Positions 18,957-30,201 are shown, numbered from the stretch's first letter. The stretch is 64,000 nucleotides of DNA from a bacterium (GCA_963675295.2 CAXXKJ010000002.1:448001-512000), one strand, 5' to 3'. Notes: generated by a model not told the origin, from the letters alone. Translations and numbers: made by a program.

Positions 18957-19236
18957 GGATGGGGTGCGTGAGACTGGCAGTTAGTCTCGTTGGAATTGAA
19001 CTCCCTCTTCACTCCGGGAGTTTCGTGTTTCCGGTCACACGCGACGTGTTTGGAACACCTAACTTCAGCCATTCCGATTGATGGTTTGGGCTTCGGACGA
19101 TCCCTGAATGCAGGGGCGCATATCAAGTGGACGCACCGGCTGGATGGCATGTTTGGTGCTGAACGAATCAGGTGTGATTGGAGCCGCGACAGACGAATTC
19201 CAGTTGCGGCTTCGGAACGGCGAAGGAGTGATTGCG

Positions 19237-21105
19237 ATGAAGGTTGCATGGGCAGGTTTGATGGTGGTGTTGTTGCTGGCGGGATCCGCGTCGGCACAAT
19301 GGACGGAGAAGTGGGAAGCGGAGTTTTCGTCACAGTACACGTTGGATCAATTCTCGGGCACGTGTCCGGACGGGTACGGCGGAGTGATGGCGGTAGGCAA
19401 GCAGCACAACCCGAACACGGACAAGTTCGAGGCAATTTATGCGCGTTTCAATGAACAGGGCGAGTTATTGTGGGTGAATGTGTATGCCAGTGGGCAGGCT
19501 AACCGGATCTTCGAGGATATTGCACCGACGTACATCTATCAGGATCGTTTTGTTGCGGTTGGCGCAAGCACGGAGAACAATGACACCAGCTTCCTGATGG
19601 TGATGATCGAGCTGGATGGAACGTATGTGGTGGGTCGGACACTCGAGTATGGCGGCGGCGGGTATTTGAACCAGATTGAGCGGGTGGCCTCGAGCCTGGT
19701 CGCGTGCGGCACGACGGAACTCGACAATGGCTTGCAGCAGGGGTTCGTGATCAGCCTGAATGAACCGTATGACGTGAACTGGTGGCAAACCTACGGCAGT
19801 TACGACCGCAACTTCCTCGACGATGTCAAGGCGACGAGCGGTGGGTATGCGGCAACCGGTTGGGGTTGGACCGGAAACGAGCGCGCGCCGTGGTTGCTGA
19901 AGATCGATTACGATGGCACGTTCCTGTGGGAACAGTACTATCCGCAGTATGATGGTGCGTATCCGGAAAGCCTGGTGTCGACGGGCAATTTCGACCTGAT
20001 GATGACAGGGTATTCGTTGATCAGCGGCAACGCCCAGTTCTTCGTGCTGAGCACGGACGACATGGGCAACGAGCTGTGGATGGAAGAATATGGCGAATCC
20101 GATTCCCAGGAGAATGGCAAGTTCATCGGCCAGGCGTCTCAGGGCGGCTATTGGGTGGTTGGTGATGGGTACGGCCCGATGATGGACGGTGTCGACATCT
20201 GGGCGATCCGCATCAACAACAACGGCGATTTGTTGGAAAGCCAGCTGTTCAACAAGCCGGGTGATCAAAACATGTGGGAAGGCCAGTCGCACGGCAGCAC
20301 GGACATCGTCATTGCCGGACGTGGTGAGCTGAGCGGCTCGACTGAGTTGAATCCCTGGGTGATGCGTCTGACCCCGTCGCAGGATATCGAAGTGTTCCTA
20401 GATCCGTTGGATCCGCCGGTGTATGTGCCCTTCTTCGGTGGGATGATTCCGTACACGGTGACCGGCGTGAACAACACCACCTCGCCAATGCAGGTGGACG
20501 CGTGGATGCAGGTGGAGCATGTCGCGTCCCAGCTGACGGTTGAAGTCCGTGTGTTCGAGAATGTCGGCCTTCCGGGGAGCGCGTCTGTGAGCGCGGCGTT
20601 GAACCAGGCAATCCCGCAGGAAGCGCCGGAAGGCGAATACTGGCTGCGTGTGTTCGTCGGCGACTATCCCTGGGTGCAGCAGACCAGTGACTGGTTCAGT
20701 TTCTGGAAGCTGGGTCCGACGTTGGCAACGGCAGCGGTGAACGGCGACGTATTCGAGCAGCCGGAGTTGTGGCCGTCGACAGGTAGTTTCGGAGCGAACG
20801 CCGAAGCGGTCGTGTCGGCGAGCGACAGCAACCTGCCGGGTGAGTATGCGTTGAACGCGGCGTATCCGAACCCGTTCAACCCGACGACGACGGTGAGTGT
20901 GTCGTTGCCGGACGCGTCCGATCTGACGGTCGCGGTGTACAACACCATCGGCCAGCAGGTCGCGGAGTTAGCACAGGGTCGTGTCGCGGCGGGAACGCAT
21001 GCGTACACGTTTGATGCGTCCGCGTTGAGCAGTGGTGTGTATTTTGTGCGCGCGTCGGTGCCGGGCCAGTTGAATGCGATGCAGAAGGTGGTTTTGATGA
21101 AGTAA
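19237..21105 (+). CDS. Secreted beta-propeller + Ig-like module + T9SS CTD
   Basis: SD AAGGAG, signal peptide, repeated D..G..LW...YG blades, CTD nearly identical to that of the upstream gene. Confidence 0.85.
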   Translation: MKVAWAGLMVVLLLAGSASAQWTEKWEAEFSSQYTLDQFSGTCPDGYGGVMAVGKQHNPNTDKFEAIYARFNEQGELLWVNVYASGQANRIFEDIAPTYIYQDRFVAVGASTENNDTSFLMVMIELDGTYVVGRTLEYGGGGYLNQIERVASSLVACGTTELDNGLQQGFVISLNEPYDVNWWQTYGSYDRNFLDDVKATSGGYAATGWGWTGNERAPWLLKIDYDGTFLWEQYYPQYDGAYPESLVSTGNFDLMMTGYSLISGNAQFFVLSTDDMGNELWMEEYGESDSQENGKFIGQASQGGYWVVGDGYGPMMDGVDIWAIRINNNGDLLESQLFNKPGDQNMWEGQSHGSTDIVIAGRGELSGSTELNPWVMRLTPSQDIEVFLDPLDPPVYVPFFGGMIPYTVTGVNNTTSPMQVDAWMQVEHVASQLTVEVRVFENVGLPGSASVSAALNQAIPQEAPEGEYWLRVFVGDYPWVQQTSDWFSFWKLGPTLATAAVNGDVFEQPELWPSTGSFGANAEAVVSASDSNLPGEYALNAAYPNPFNPTTTVSVSLPDASDLTVAVYNTIGQQVAELAQGRVAAGTHAYTFDASALSSGVYFVRASVPGQLNAMQKVVLMK

Positions 21106-21154
21106 CGGATAGGAACAGACAGGAACAGATAGTAAAAGATAGAGGCGATTCAGC

Positions 21155-21182
21155 GGGGACACTTTGGGGACAAAGTGTCCCC
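21155..21182. repeat. REP-like palindrome
   Basis: GGGGACACTTTGGGGACAAAGTGTCCCC followed by a T-run; may double as a terminator. Confidence 0.85.
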
Positions 21183-21429
21183 CTTTTTGTTTGTCTGAAG
21201 GGAACATGTGAATGTATGGTGCCGCTGGTTACGGTGCTGGAAGGGTGAATGACCGGGTCGTGAAAGCCGGGACTTGTGGTGCCGGCAGATGTTCTCAGAT
21301 CAGACAGTCCTCTCGACGGGAGGGTGTGCCTATCGTATCTTTTCGGATGGACGAACTCCGGTTGCACACTCGTCCGATCAGGATGGTTGAACATACTTTC
21401 CGGAAGCATCACGAAAAAGGACAGCCCTC

Positions 21430-22515
21430 ATGCCCGGCACAGCACGTTCTGCGGTTGACACCCCACGGACACCCCTGAGCGATGTACGACGCGGCGATGT
21501 GCTGGCGCAGCCGGTGTACCATGAGGGCCGTACGTTGTACGCACCGGGGCGTGTGCTGACGGACAAGGACATTCAGGAGCTGAAGCGGCTGAAGGTCGAG
21601 GCGATTGCGATTCGGGAGCGGGACGCGAAGCCTGTCGGCGACAAGGTTCAGACCGATCCGTTGAACAGCGAGATGCGTGCGCAGGCGATCAAGACGGTGC
21701 GCCGGGTGTATGAGGATTTCCACAATCTCGACCGGCAGCATGGACGTGAGATTCACTCGTTGGGCCTGCGCTTGTGTGATGAAGTCAAGCAGGCGACGAA
21801 GCTCGGCATTGCGGTGCACGACCTCCGTGACCACAGCAACTACACCTACCAGCACAGCGTCAATGTGACCGCGATTTCATTGGCAATCGGCATCCGGCTG
21901 GGGTTGACCAAGGAGGAGTTGAACCTGCTGACGGTCGGCGGGTTGCTGCACGACATCGGGAAAATGAAAATCCCGCCTCAGATCCTGGAGAAGAACGGAA
22001 AACTGACCAATCAGGAAATGATGATCGTACACAAGCATCCGATTTGGGGTTGGGAGTTGCTGAAGGAGTGCACCGATTTCGATCCGGTGGTGTGGGCGAT
22101 CGCGCGCCAGCATCATGAGACCCTGGACGGGAAGGGGTATCCCGACAAGCTGATGCGATGGCAGATCCATGAGTTATCGAAGATCGTGACTGTGGTCGAC
22201 ATGTGGGATGCGTTGCGCAGCGAACGGCCATACAAACCGGCGTGGCACCCGGACCGGACGCTCGCGTTCATCAATTCCCCGGAGATGACAGGCAAGCTCG
22301 ATCCGCAGGTGCTGGAGATCTTCAACCAGCTGATTGTGCCCTACCCGATGGGGACGCGTGTGATGATCACCGGTGGCCGGACGGGGCGCGTGGTCGGGCT
22401 CAATTATAGCGATTATGCGCGACCGATCCTGAAGATGGATTCGGGTGGGTCGTTCATGGACATGACCGAACACAAGGGCATGGAAGTGATCGAAACGCTG
22501 GAATTGGCGGCGTAG
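21430..22515 (+). CDS. HD-GYP domain c-di-GMP phosphodiesterase
   Basis: YTYQHSVNV, LLHDIGK, QHHE.LDGKGYP, RPYK motifs. Confidence 0.92.
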   Translation: MPGTARSAVDTPRTPLSDVRRGDVLAQPVYHEGRTLYAPGRVLTDKDIQELKRLKVEAIAIRERDAKPVGDKVQTDPLNSEMRAQAIKTVRRVYEDFHNLDRQHGREIHSLGLRLCDEVKQATKLGIAVHDLRDHSNYTYQHSVNVTAISLAIGIRLGLTKEELNLLTVGGLLHDIGKMKIPPQILEKNGKLTNQEMMIVHKHPIWGWELLKECTDFDPVVWAIARQHHETLDGKGYPDKLMRWQIHELSKIVTVVDMWDALRSERPYKPAWHPDRTLAFINSPEMTGKLDPQVLEIFNQLIVPYPMGTRVMITGGRTGRVVGLNYSDYARPILKMDSGGSFMDMTEHKGMEVIETLELAA

Positions 22516-22576
22516 TCGCGGCGAGAGTTGCGGATCGATTGTCAGGACGACGAATTCAGTGGGACAGAACAAAGCC

Positions 22577-22603
22577 GGGGACACTTGACCATTCAAGTGT
22601 CCC
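22577..22603. repeat. REP-like palindrome between convergent genes
   Basis: GGGACACTTGA-CCAT-TCAAGTGTCCC. Confidence 0.75.
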
Positions 22604-22638
22604 GTTTCATATCGTTTTGTGCTGAAGTGTATGAACCG

Positions 22639-25116
22639 TTACTTCATCAGCACGACTTTCTGCACGGCGTTGAGCTGTCCGGGGACGGTCGCGTGAACGA
22701 AGTAGATACCGCTGGACAGATGCGACGCGTCGAAGGTGAAGGCGTGCGTGCCGGCGGCGGCGCGACCGTTGGTCAGCTCCGCGACCTGCTGGCCGAGGGT
22801 GTTGACGACGGTGACCTTAAGATCGGCGGCTTCCGGCAGCGCGACGGAGACGGCCGTCGTCGGGTTGAACGGGTTCGGGTAGGCGGCGTTCAGCGCGTAC
22901 GCGTTCGGCAGGTTGTCCGAGTTGATGTTCGCGTTCGCACTGGAAACCGTACGGTTCGCAGCGGCCCAGTCGGTAACGTCAAAGTCACCGTTGGAAGCGT
23001 TCGGATAACCTTCCTTGACGAACAGGAATTGGTCCTGAATGTTCGGGCCGCGGTGGCGTTGCTGTCCAACGTACCCAGTGACGAGGTATTCGCCTGCCGG
23101 GGCGGATCCCGGAACGTGAAAAACGAGATCGAGTAGCGAAGTGTCTGCGAATGCCGGAAGGTTGAAGGACTCCAACTCGAAACGGGAATATTCGATCCCA
23201 CCGGGCAGTTTGATATTCAGCCAGAAGTTCAGATTTTCGAGGGGCGAACCGAAGCTGGAAACGATTGACGCGTCATAGATCAGATCTCGACCCCAGGAAG
23301 GAATGATTGTCTCCCGCGGTGTCAGCTCCAGATCAACCGGTTGTTCTTCGACGATGACGAGGACATCGTCAATCGCCCAACGGTTACAACCATCGGCATG
23401 GAAAAAGAATCCAATCTTGAACTGATTGTGGCCGGAAAGCACATTGGTCAAGTCGAAGTATTGCTGATTTTCCTGCCCGTCGTAGATCTGAGCCAGGTTA
23501 TACCAGGTCGCGCCATCGTTATAGGTATACTGAGGTTTGCACGTTACCACTTCCGTGCTCAGAAGGGCATGGTCAAACATCAATTGAACGCTGGAGGTGG
23601 CGGTTTTCAGGATACTGGGACTTACCAATCTGCCGGACCAGTACTCTTCGGTCATGGCGTGATAACCGATGGTCCAACACCGGGATGAAAACGTATTTGG
23701 CAGGAGGGTGGTGCTCCACGTGAAGCTCGAGGTGTTTTGTTCAACAGACCAGTTACGAGGTTTGAATTGACTGAATTCATCAAGCAACGCGATGTCATCC
23801 ATATCGGGCCAGATCGCCTTCACCGGGTACGAGGGTTGGCTGGATGGATCTTGTGGGTTAGCGGTGACAACATATTCATGGAGCAGGTGATCCATGAGCT
23901 GATCGGTGTACTGGGTACCGGTGACGGTTGCAATGACGACACCATCCCGTTTGATCTGGTAGGAGCTAGCATTCAGATTCGCCCAGTGGAGGGTGACGAG
24001 ACCATGATAGTCGACAGATCGTTTCAAATTGAAGCCGATCTGGTAATCCGGATTTTCCCACCATCTTATGGCGGATTCAGGGTCAACGCCCCGTTCCACA
24101 GCCACGAAATCGAGATCCTGGTCCTGGTCAAAATCCCCTAGATACAGATCATCAACGTCGCGTTTAGTACCGACCATCAGCTGATCTTTCAGCTGGGTAC
24201 CGCCGAAATACTGAGACCAGCCAATCCGATGAAGAAAGTCTGAATAGTAGACGAGGTCCTCGTCCCCATCGAGATCCAGATCGGCAGATTTCAGTATCCG
24301 GATGCGGTTTTGGGGTGACACAAACTGCTGAGTAAAGGTATTGTTGTCGAACGAATAGCACCAGACGCTATCGTCGCATAAGAGCAATATGTTTACGCCG
24401 CCGTCATGATTCATGTCAACGGTGACAATATCCGAAGTGTAATCTGTATGAAACCTTTCACGCAGTTCAAAGGTTGTATTACCAACATTTTCTACCCAAT
24501 AGATTCCCGTTTGGATCGGTGAAAGTTCGGTGACAAAATCGTTGTCGCCATCGCCGTCAATGTCTGCGACTTCGGTGTCCCCCCAGTAGGTCACAGCGGT
24601 ATAGATGGGGAAACCGTCAAATGCACCAGCCCCATCATAACGAAACCATTTCGCGCCACCCGTGTACGGAAGCAACAAGTCGGGTACACCATCCAGATCT
24701 ATATCGCGGACTTTCATCCACTGGTGGAAAAACCCGTTGCTGTCAACGGTACTCTGCGTGAACTGGCTATTTCCCTGGTTGAAATACACAAACAGTGTCG
24801 AATTGTCCACAACTGCGATATCGTTGTCCCCGTCATCGTCAAAGTCTCCGGTTCCAACTTGTCTTGGATCGTCCAGTCCGCCAAGTAAAACCGAAGTTGA
24901 AAAATCTCCAGTTCCATCATTGAGATAGGACGTGAGTTCGTCGTCGTTCCGGCTGTACACGATAAGATCCAAATCGCCGTCATTGTCGAGATCGACAGGT
25001 GGTGCAACGCGGTGTTCAAGATTGTTGCTTTCGATGGTATGCGTTGGCCATTCCTCTTCGGCGGATACGAATGGTACAGCAAACAGAATCACAACGAGGA
25101 TCAGGTAGGTTCGCAT
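22639..25116 (-). CDS. FG-GAP/VCBS propeller + Fn3-like + beta-sandwich + Ig-like module + T9SS CTD
   Basis: DxDxDGDxD repeats, signal peptide MRTYLILV, CTD; paralog of the 25357-27861 gene. Confidence 0.88.
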   Translation of the reverse strand: MRTYLILVVILFAVPFVSAEEEWPTHTIESNNLEHRVAPPVDLDNDGDLDLIVYSRNDDELTSYLNDGTGDFSTSVLLGGLDDPRQVGTGDFDDDGDNDIAVVDNSTLFVYFNQGNSQFTQSTVDSNGFFHQWMKVRDIDLDGVPDLLLPYTGGAKWFRYDGAGAFDGFPIYTAVTYWGDTEVADIDGDGDNDFVTELSPIQTGIYWVENVGNTTFELRERFHTDYTSDIVTVDMNHDGGVNILLLCDDSVWCYSFDNNTFTQQFVSPQNRIRILKSADLDLDGDEDLVYYSDFLHRIGWSQYFGGTQLKDQLMVGTKRDVDDLYLGDFDQDQDLDFVAVERGVDPESAIRWWENPDYQIGFNLKRSVDYHGLVTLHWANLNASSYQIKRDGVVIATVTGTQYTDQLMDHLLHEYVVTANPQDPSSQPSYPVKAIWPDMDDIALLDEFSQFKPRNWSVEQNTSSFTWSTTLLPNTFSSRCWTIGYHAMTEEYWSGRLVSPSILKTATSSVQLMFDHALLSTEVVTCKPQYTYNDGATWYNLAQIYDGQENQQYFDLTNVLSGHNQFKIGFFFHADGCNRWAIDDVLVIVEEQPVDLELTPRETIIPSWGRDLIYDASIVSSFGSPLENLNFWLNIKLPGGIEYSRFELESFNLPAFADTSLLDLVFHVPGSAPAGEYLVTGYVGQQRHRGPNIQDQFLFVKEGYPNASNGDFDVTDWAAANRTVSSANANINSDNLPNAYALNAAYPNPFNPTTAVSVALPEAADLKVTVVNTLGQQVAELTNGRAAAGTHAFTFDASHLSSGIYFVHATVPGQLNAVQKVVLMK

Positions 25117-25356
25117 GATTTTCCCTTTCACATTAGATCGATGGATTGCAACCCGGAACACCTGGTTCCCGCAATTCAACTCGCAAGACAACTGCGGTCT
25201 CTGTTGCACATCATCTGCAGAAATTGATTTGCGGGGAGTGGAGCGTGAACTGGTCACAAAAGCCAACCCCTCCTTGCAAAGATATTGCAAGAAGGGGTTG
25301 TGACAAAGCGTTTTTGGAAAAAGTTGGACAACGCTGAATTCGTCAGAGCCTGCCAG

Positions 25357-27861
25357 CTACTTCATCAGCACGACTTTCTGGACGGCGTTGAGCTGTCCGG
25401 GGACGGTCGCGTGGACGAAGTAGATGCCGCTTGACAGGGACGACGCGTCAAAGGTGAAGGCGTGCGTCCCGGCGGCGGTGCGGCCGTGGGTCAGCTCCGC
25501 GACCTGCTGGCCGAGGGTGTTGACGACGGAGACCGTCAAGTTGGCGGCCTCAGGCAGCGCGACGGAGATCGTTGTCGTCGGGTTGAACGGGTTCGGGTAG
25601 GCGGCGTTCAGCGCGAACTCTGTGGGGAGATCCGTGTGGGAATCAGCTGCAGAGGTGAACGTGGCCGAGTTGTTCGTGAGCTCCCAGTCCGCCGGATCAA
25701 ACTCACTGTTGACTGAGCCTAAATCGCCCAATTTTTCAAAGAGGAACTGATCTTGGATGATCGGGACGTTGGAGCGAGGCCGTCCGACATATCCGGTGAT
25801 GTAGTATTCGCCCGCGGGTGCGGATTCCGGAACTGAAATGACGAGACCGGGCATGGTGTAATTGGCAAAAGCTGCAAGGTCAAACGACTCTACCTCGTAG
25901 CGGGAAAACTCCTGTCCACCGGGCAGGTTGACGGTTATCCAGTAGCTCAGATCCGGGAAGGACAAATTGAAGCTGGATATCAGTGTGGCATCATACTGCA
26001 GGTCACCACCGGAAGGTGGGACGATGGTCTGCAGGGGTGTTAGTTGCAGGTTAACCGGCTGTTCATCCACGATGACGGTGACATTATCGACCGCCCAACG
26101 GTTGCATCCCTTGGTTGAATCGTAATAGAACCCGATCTTGAACCGGGAATGGCCGGTAAGGGCGTAGGTTAAATCGTAGTACTGCTGGTTTTCCTGTGCC
26201 ATGTGGTACTGGGCGAAGGTCTGCCAACTCAACCCATCGTCCACGGAATACTCGAGGTTGCAAAGAATCGTGGCCGTACGAAGGATGGCCTGGTCAAACA
26301 TCAATTCGACGCGGGAGGTAGGGGTTTTCAACATCCCCGGAGTAACCAGCCTGCCCCGCCACTTATCCGTCAACTCGTAGCGATACACATGGTGCCAGCC
26401 GATGGACATGCAGCGTGACGTAAACTTGGCTGGCAGAGAAGCGGTTTCCCAAGTCAAGGTTGCGGTGTTATCCTCAATGGACCAGGACCACGGTTTGCCT
26501 TGGTTAAAGTCTTCAAGCAACGCGATCTCATCCAGATCCGGCCAGATCGCCTTCACCGGGTATGAGGGCTTGCTGGACGGATTTTGCGGGTTTGCAGTGA
26601 CGACATATTCATGCGGCAGGTGATCGGCGAGCTGATCGTTGTACTGCGTGCCGGCGATGGTGGCAAGGACAACGCCGTCACGCTTGATCTGGTAGGCGTT
26701 CGCATTCAAGTCCGCCCACTTGAGTGTGACGAGTCCGCTATGATCAACAGATCGTGTCAGGTTGACGCCAATCTGGTAGTTCGGATTTTCCCACCAGGAC
26801 AGGGTATGCGTCGGACTCCAGGCAGAGACAACTGCCACGAAATCGAGATCCTGATCCTGGTCAAAGTCGCCCAGATACAGATCATCCATATCGCTGGGTG
26901 TTCCAGCAATCATCTGATCTTTAAACTGAGTGCCTCCCAGATACTGGCCCCAGCCAGCTCGATGTAGATGACCTGAATAATAGACGAAGTCCTCGTCGCC
27001 ATCCAGATCCAAATCGGCAACGTGCATATCCATAATATCGCGATTAGGCGATATATAATGTTGTGTAAATATGTTGTCATCGTACGTATAAGCCCAGATG
27101 CCATCGAGGAAGTGAACTACGATATCCAACACGCCATCGAGGTTCTGGTCAATGACTAAAATTCCATAGACTCTACCTTCATGAATCATGTCACGTAATT
27201 CAAACGTTGTATCGCCAACATTTTCAATCCAGAATACACCCTCTTCGTTTGTCGTCATTTGAGCGATAAAATCGTTGTCACCATCGCCATCAATATCCAC
27301 CATCGCGTGATCCCACCACAGATCCGCACCGGTATCAATGGCGAAGCCTTCGAACCCGCCGGCTCCGTCATAGCGAAACCATTTCGCGCCACCAGGGCTC
27401 GGAAGCAACAGATCCGGTGCGCCATCCTGATCAACATCGCAAACCGTCATCCAATGGCGTAAGAACTCGTAACTGTCAACGGTAATCTGGGTGAACTGGT
27501 TATTTCCCTGGTTGAAAAACACATACAGAGTGAATTCCGGAACTCCGAAGTCTACAACGGCGAGATCGTTGTCCCCGTCACTGTCAAAGTCGCCGATTCC
27601 AACTTGTCTTGGTGCGATCAGCCCATCGATCAAAACGACAGATGAAAAATTTCCCGCGCTATCATTGAGATAGGCGGTGATTTCAGTGTCCTGAAGACCG
27701 TACGTGATAAGATCGAGGTCGCCGTCGTTGTCGAAATCAACAGGCGGAGCAATGTGATCGTTCTGGACCACGCCGTCGATCATATGTGACGGCCATTCTT
27801 CTTCAGCGAAAACGAACGATGCAGCGAGCAGGAGCACAACGAGGGTCAAGTAGAATCGCAT
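25357..27861 (-). CDS. FG-GAP/VCBS propeller multidomain protein with T9SS CTD (tandem paralog)
   Basis: Same domain order and shared motifs (AEEEWP, YQIKRDGVV, PSYPVKAIWPD) as the neighbouring gene. Confidence 0.88.
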   Translation of the reverse strand: MRFYLTLVVLLLAASFVFAEEEWPSHMIDGVVQNDHIAPPVDFDNDGDLDLITYGLQDTEITAYLNDSAGNFSSVVLIDGLIAPRQVGIGDFDSDGDNDLAVVDFGVPEFTLYVFFNQGNNQFTQITVDSYEFLRHWMTVCDVDQDGAPDLLLPSPGGAKWFRYDGAGGFEGFAIDTGADLWWDHAMVDIDGDGDNDFIAQMTTNEEGVFWIENVGDTTFELRDMIHEGRVYGILVIDQNLDGVLDIVVHFLDGIWAYTYDDNIFTQHYISPNRDIMDMHVADLDLDGDEDFVYYSGHLHRAGWGQYLGGTQFKDQMIAGTPSDMDDLYLGDFDQDQDLDFVAVVSAWSPTHTLSWWENPNYQIGVNLTRSVDHSGLVTLKWADLNANAYQIKRDGVVLATIAGTQYNDQLADHLPHEYVVTANPQNPSSKPSYPVKAIWPDLDEIALLEDFNQGKPWSWSIEDNTATLTWETASLPAKFTSRCMSIGWHHVYRYELTDKWRGRLVTPGMLKTPTSRVELMFDQAILRTATILCNLEYSVDDGLSWQTFAQYHMAQENQQYYDLTYALTGHSRFKIGFYYDSTKGCNRWAVDNVTVIVDEQPVNLQLTPLQTIVPPSGGDLQYDATLISSFNLSFPDLSYWITVNLPGGQEFSRYEVESFDLAAFANYTMPGLVISVPESAPAGEYYITGYVGRPRSNVPIIQDQFLFEKLGDLGSVNSEFDPADWELTNNSATFTSAADSHTDLPTEFALNAAYPNPFNPTTTISVALPEAANLTVSVVNTLGQQVAELTHGRTAAGTHAFTFDASSLSSGIYFVHATVPGQLNAVQKVVLMK

Positions 27862-28092
27862 GATTTGCCCTTTCGGTTCTGATAGTCAGAATGCGTCTCA
27901 GACCGCCTGATTCCCAATGGTTCCGCCGCATAGGACGACGACGCACTTCTTTGCATCCTGACCGATTTGATTCAATTGTGTGGCGGAAACGGTCAACACA
28001 AACAACCCCTCCCCATTAATATAGCCCGGGGTGGGATTGTGGCAACCTATATATGCAAAAAAACGGAACAGCCTTAACAATCTCAGAGCCCG

Positions 28093-30003
28093 TTACTTCA
28101 TCAACACGACTTTCTGGACGGCGTTGAGCTGTCCGGGGACGGTCGCGTGAACGAAGTAGATGCCGCTTGACAGGGCTGACGCGTCGAAGGTGAAGGCGTG
28201 CGTGCCGGCGGCGGTGCGGCCATTGGTCAATTCGGCGACCTGCTGGCCGAGGGTGTTGACGACAGTGACCTCGAGGTCGGCGGCTTCCGGCAGCGCGACG
28301 GAGATTGTCGTCGTCGGGTTGAACGGGTTCGGATAGGCGGCAGACAAGGCAAAGGTCGCGGGCTGGTGATCGGTGGCCACGCGTCCTGATGTGCTTGGAG
28401 CGGAGTCCAGTTGTTCCCAGCCGCTCGATTCCCACAAGGTGACGGCTGTACCGGAAGCGGGACCCTGCTGTGTTTCAAGCACGTGGATCGACATCGCGTA
28501 TTCCGCTTCGATGTCGTTGGGGTACGTGCCGAAGCGAACCCGGTAGGTATAGGACCCCGGCAGCGAGTTCATCGGGACATACTGCACAATTGGATGAATC
28601 GTGCTCAATTCTGATTCCGGCTCCAGGGAAAGGGACTGCAGGCGCAGGAGTTGGTCACCCAGCTGGGGGTGGTAATACGTGACCCAGAAATCGCGATCTT
28701 CGGTCTGCTGCGTTGGATTACCTGCTGCCAGGAAGTACTTGAACAACCCGCCTTCCGGTCCGAACGTGATGAAATCGTCATCGGTTGTGTAGTAGTACGT
28801 GTCAAACGCGGACCACGGATCGCCGGGGCCTTCGTTGCGATATACCCGCAGGGAGTCATATCCCAGTGTGACGATGTCTTCATCTCCATCGGCATCAATG
28901 TCCAACACGTCGGCTGTGTTGTTGGCCGTTCCACCATCTGGCGTGTCACTCAATCGTGTGAAGAAGTACCGGTTGTTGACGTTTACCAGGAAAAAGGCGT
29001 GCGCATTCATCCCGTATGCCGCAAAGACGTCCAGATCCCCATCTCCGTCCCCGTCAGCCACATTCATGCCCGTAAGTACACCGCTGTAGTTATAGTTCGT
29101 ATTGTAAACCATTGTATAATCATTGAAAGAGCCTGCAGCATTCTCTACATAGAGTGAAGTGTATTGTTCTGCTGGCCACGGATAATCCAGCATGCAGGAG
29201 GTGAAGATTTCGGGGTAGAGATCGTCGTTTACATCCGCAACGGCCAGGCTGTAGTAGCGGCGGTTCGATTCATTAAGGGCGCGACGGGCAAAGGTCACTC
29301 CGTCGATGTTTTTGTACCAGACAAGACCACCGGCAGCATCGTAGGTATAGCCGTACGAAACTACGACGTCTGCATCATCGTCGTTATCAAAATCGGCGAC
29401 TTCAATGTTGACCTGCTGCATCCACAAAATCGCGGCCGGGTAGGTATCGACCAAAGTCAGCGACCAGGAATCCGCATTTTGGGTAAACAGATAGAATTCA
29501 TCCTGTTCATCGCCGTCGAGGACCATTCGTTCAGCGAAGAAATCCCAGTCTCCATCGTTGTCGAAATCGGAGCATGCGATGGCCCTGAATCCGGTAGGGG
29601 TGTTGGTGAGTTCATGCCGGATCATGGATTGAATCGAACCAGTATTCTCGTACCATACGAGGATTGAATCAGCGGCCATGACGATGTCGGAATCGCCATC
29701 GTGATCGAAATCGACCGCCACGCTTTCTCCGCCGCTGTCATGAAGCGAATGCATGGTCCACGACCCCATATCCTGCTCAAGTAAGTATGCAGGGCCGTAA
29801 ACATCTGTCCCGCCTTGACCATCAACGGAGCAGACCAGGTCGATATCGCCGTCACCGTCATAATCACCGGCGGTAAATGTCTCGATATCGTCCGGGACGT
29901 CAATCAGCTCATCGGCCCAGTGGACGGGTTGTGACATTGCAAGGTGCGGCACGATGAAAACCAGCAACAGCACCAGCGAGTAAATCAATCGAACAGCGTT
30001 CAT
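28093..30003 (-). CDS. FG-GAP/VCBS propeller + Ig-like module + T9SS CTD
   Basis: DxDxDGDxD repeats, signal peptide, YPNPFNP CTD. Confidence 0.88.
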   Translation of the reverse strand: MNAVRLIYSLVLLLVFIVPHLAMSQPVHWADELIDVPDDIETFTAGDYDGDGDIDLVCSVDGQGGTDVYGPAYLLEQDMGSWTMHSLHDSGGESVAVDFDHDGDSDIVMAADSILVWYENTGSIQSMIRHELTNTPTGFRAIACSDFDNDGDWDFFAERMVLDGDEQDEFYLFTQNADSWSLTLVDTYPAAILWMQQVNIEVADFDNDDDADVVVSYGYTYDAAGGLVWYKNIDGVTFARRALNESNRRYYSLAVADVNDDLYPEIFTSCMLDYPWPAEQYTSLYVENAAGSFNDYTMVYNTNYNYSGVLTGMNVADGDGDGDLDVFAAYGMNAHAFFLVNVNNRYFFTRLSDTPDGGTANNTADVLDIDADGDEDIVTLGYDSLRVYRNEGPGDPWSAFDTYYYTTDDDFITFGPEGGLFKYFLAAGNPTQQTEDRDFWVTYYHPQLGDQLLRLQSLSLEPESELSTIHPIVQYVPMNSLPGSYTYRVRFGTYPNDIEAEYAMSIHVLETQQGPASGTAVTLWESSGWEQLDSAPSTSGRVATDHQPATFALSAAYPNPFNPTTTISVALPEAADLEVTVVNTLGQQVAELTNGRTAAGTHAFTFDASALSSGIYFVHATVPGQLNAVQKVVLMK

Positions 30004-30201
30004 TGCTTATCTCCCCCAACACAGTAGCCATTTAATCTGTAGCGGTGTGGAAAATGACCGCCCAACATCGCCAAATCTGCACGCACAACAGACTTCAGAC
30101 CAGAAAATATAGCCCCTGCTGCTTTAAATGCTAGTGATTTTTATGCTTTTTGGCAAAACAATGTATCTCCCGAGCGTAACCTGCTGTCCGGGCAAAACAC
30201 A

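Noticed and set aside
17088-25290. Long N-terminal extensions in the ORF track (e.g. starts 17088, 19108, 25290; also 12825, 58883, 62311)
   Set aside because: In most cases a downstream ATG has a clear SD followed by a typical signal peptide, so the extensions are treated as ORF-caller overhang
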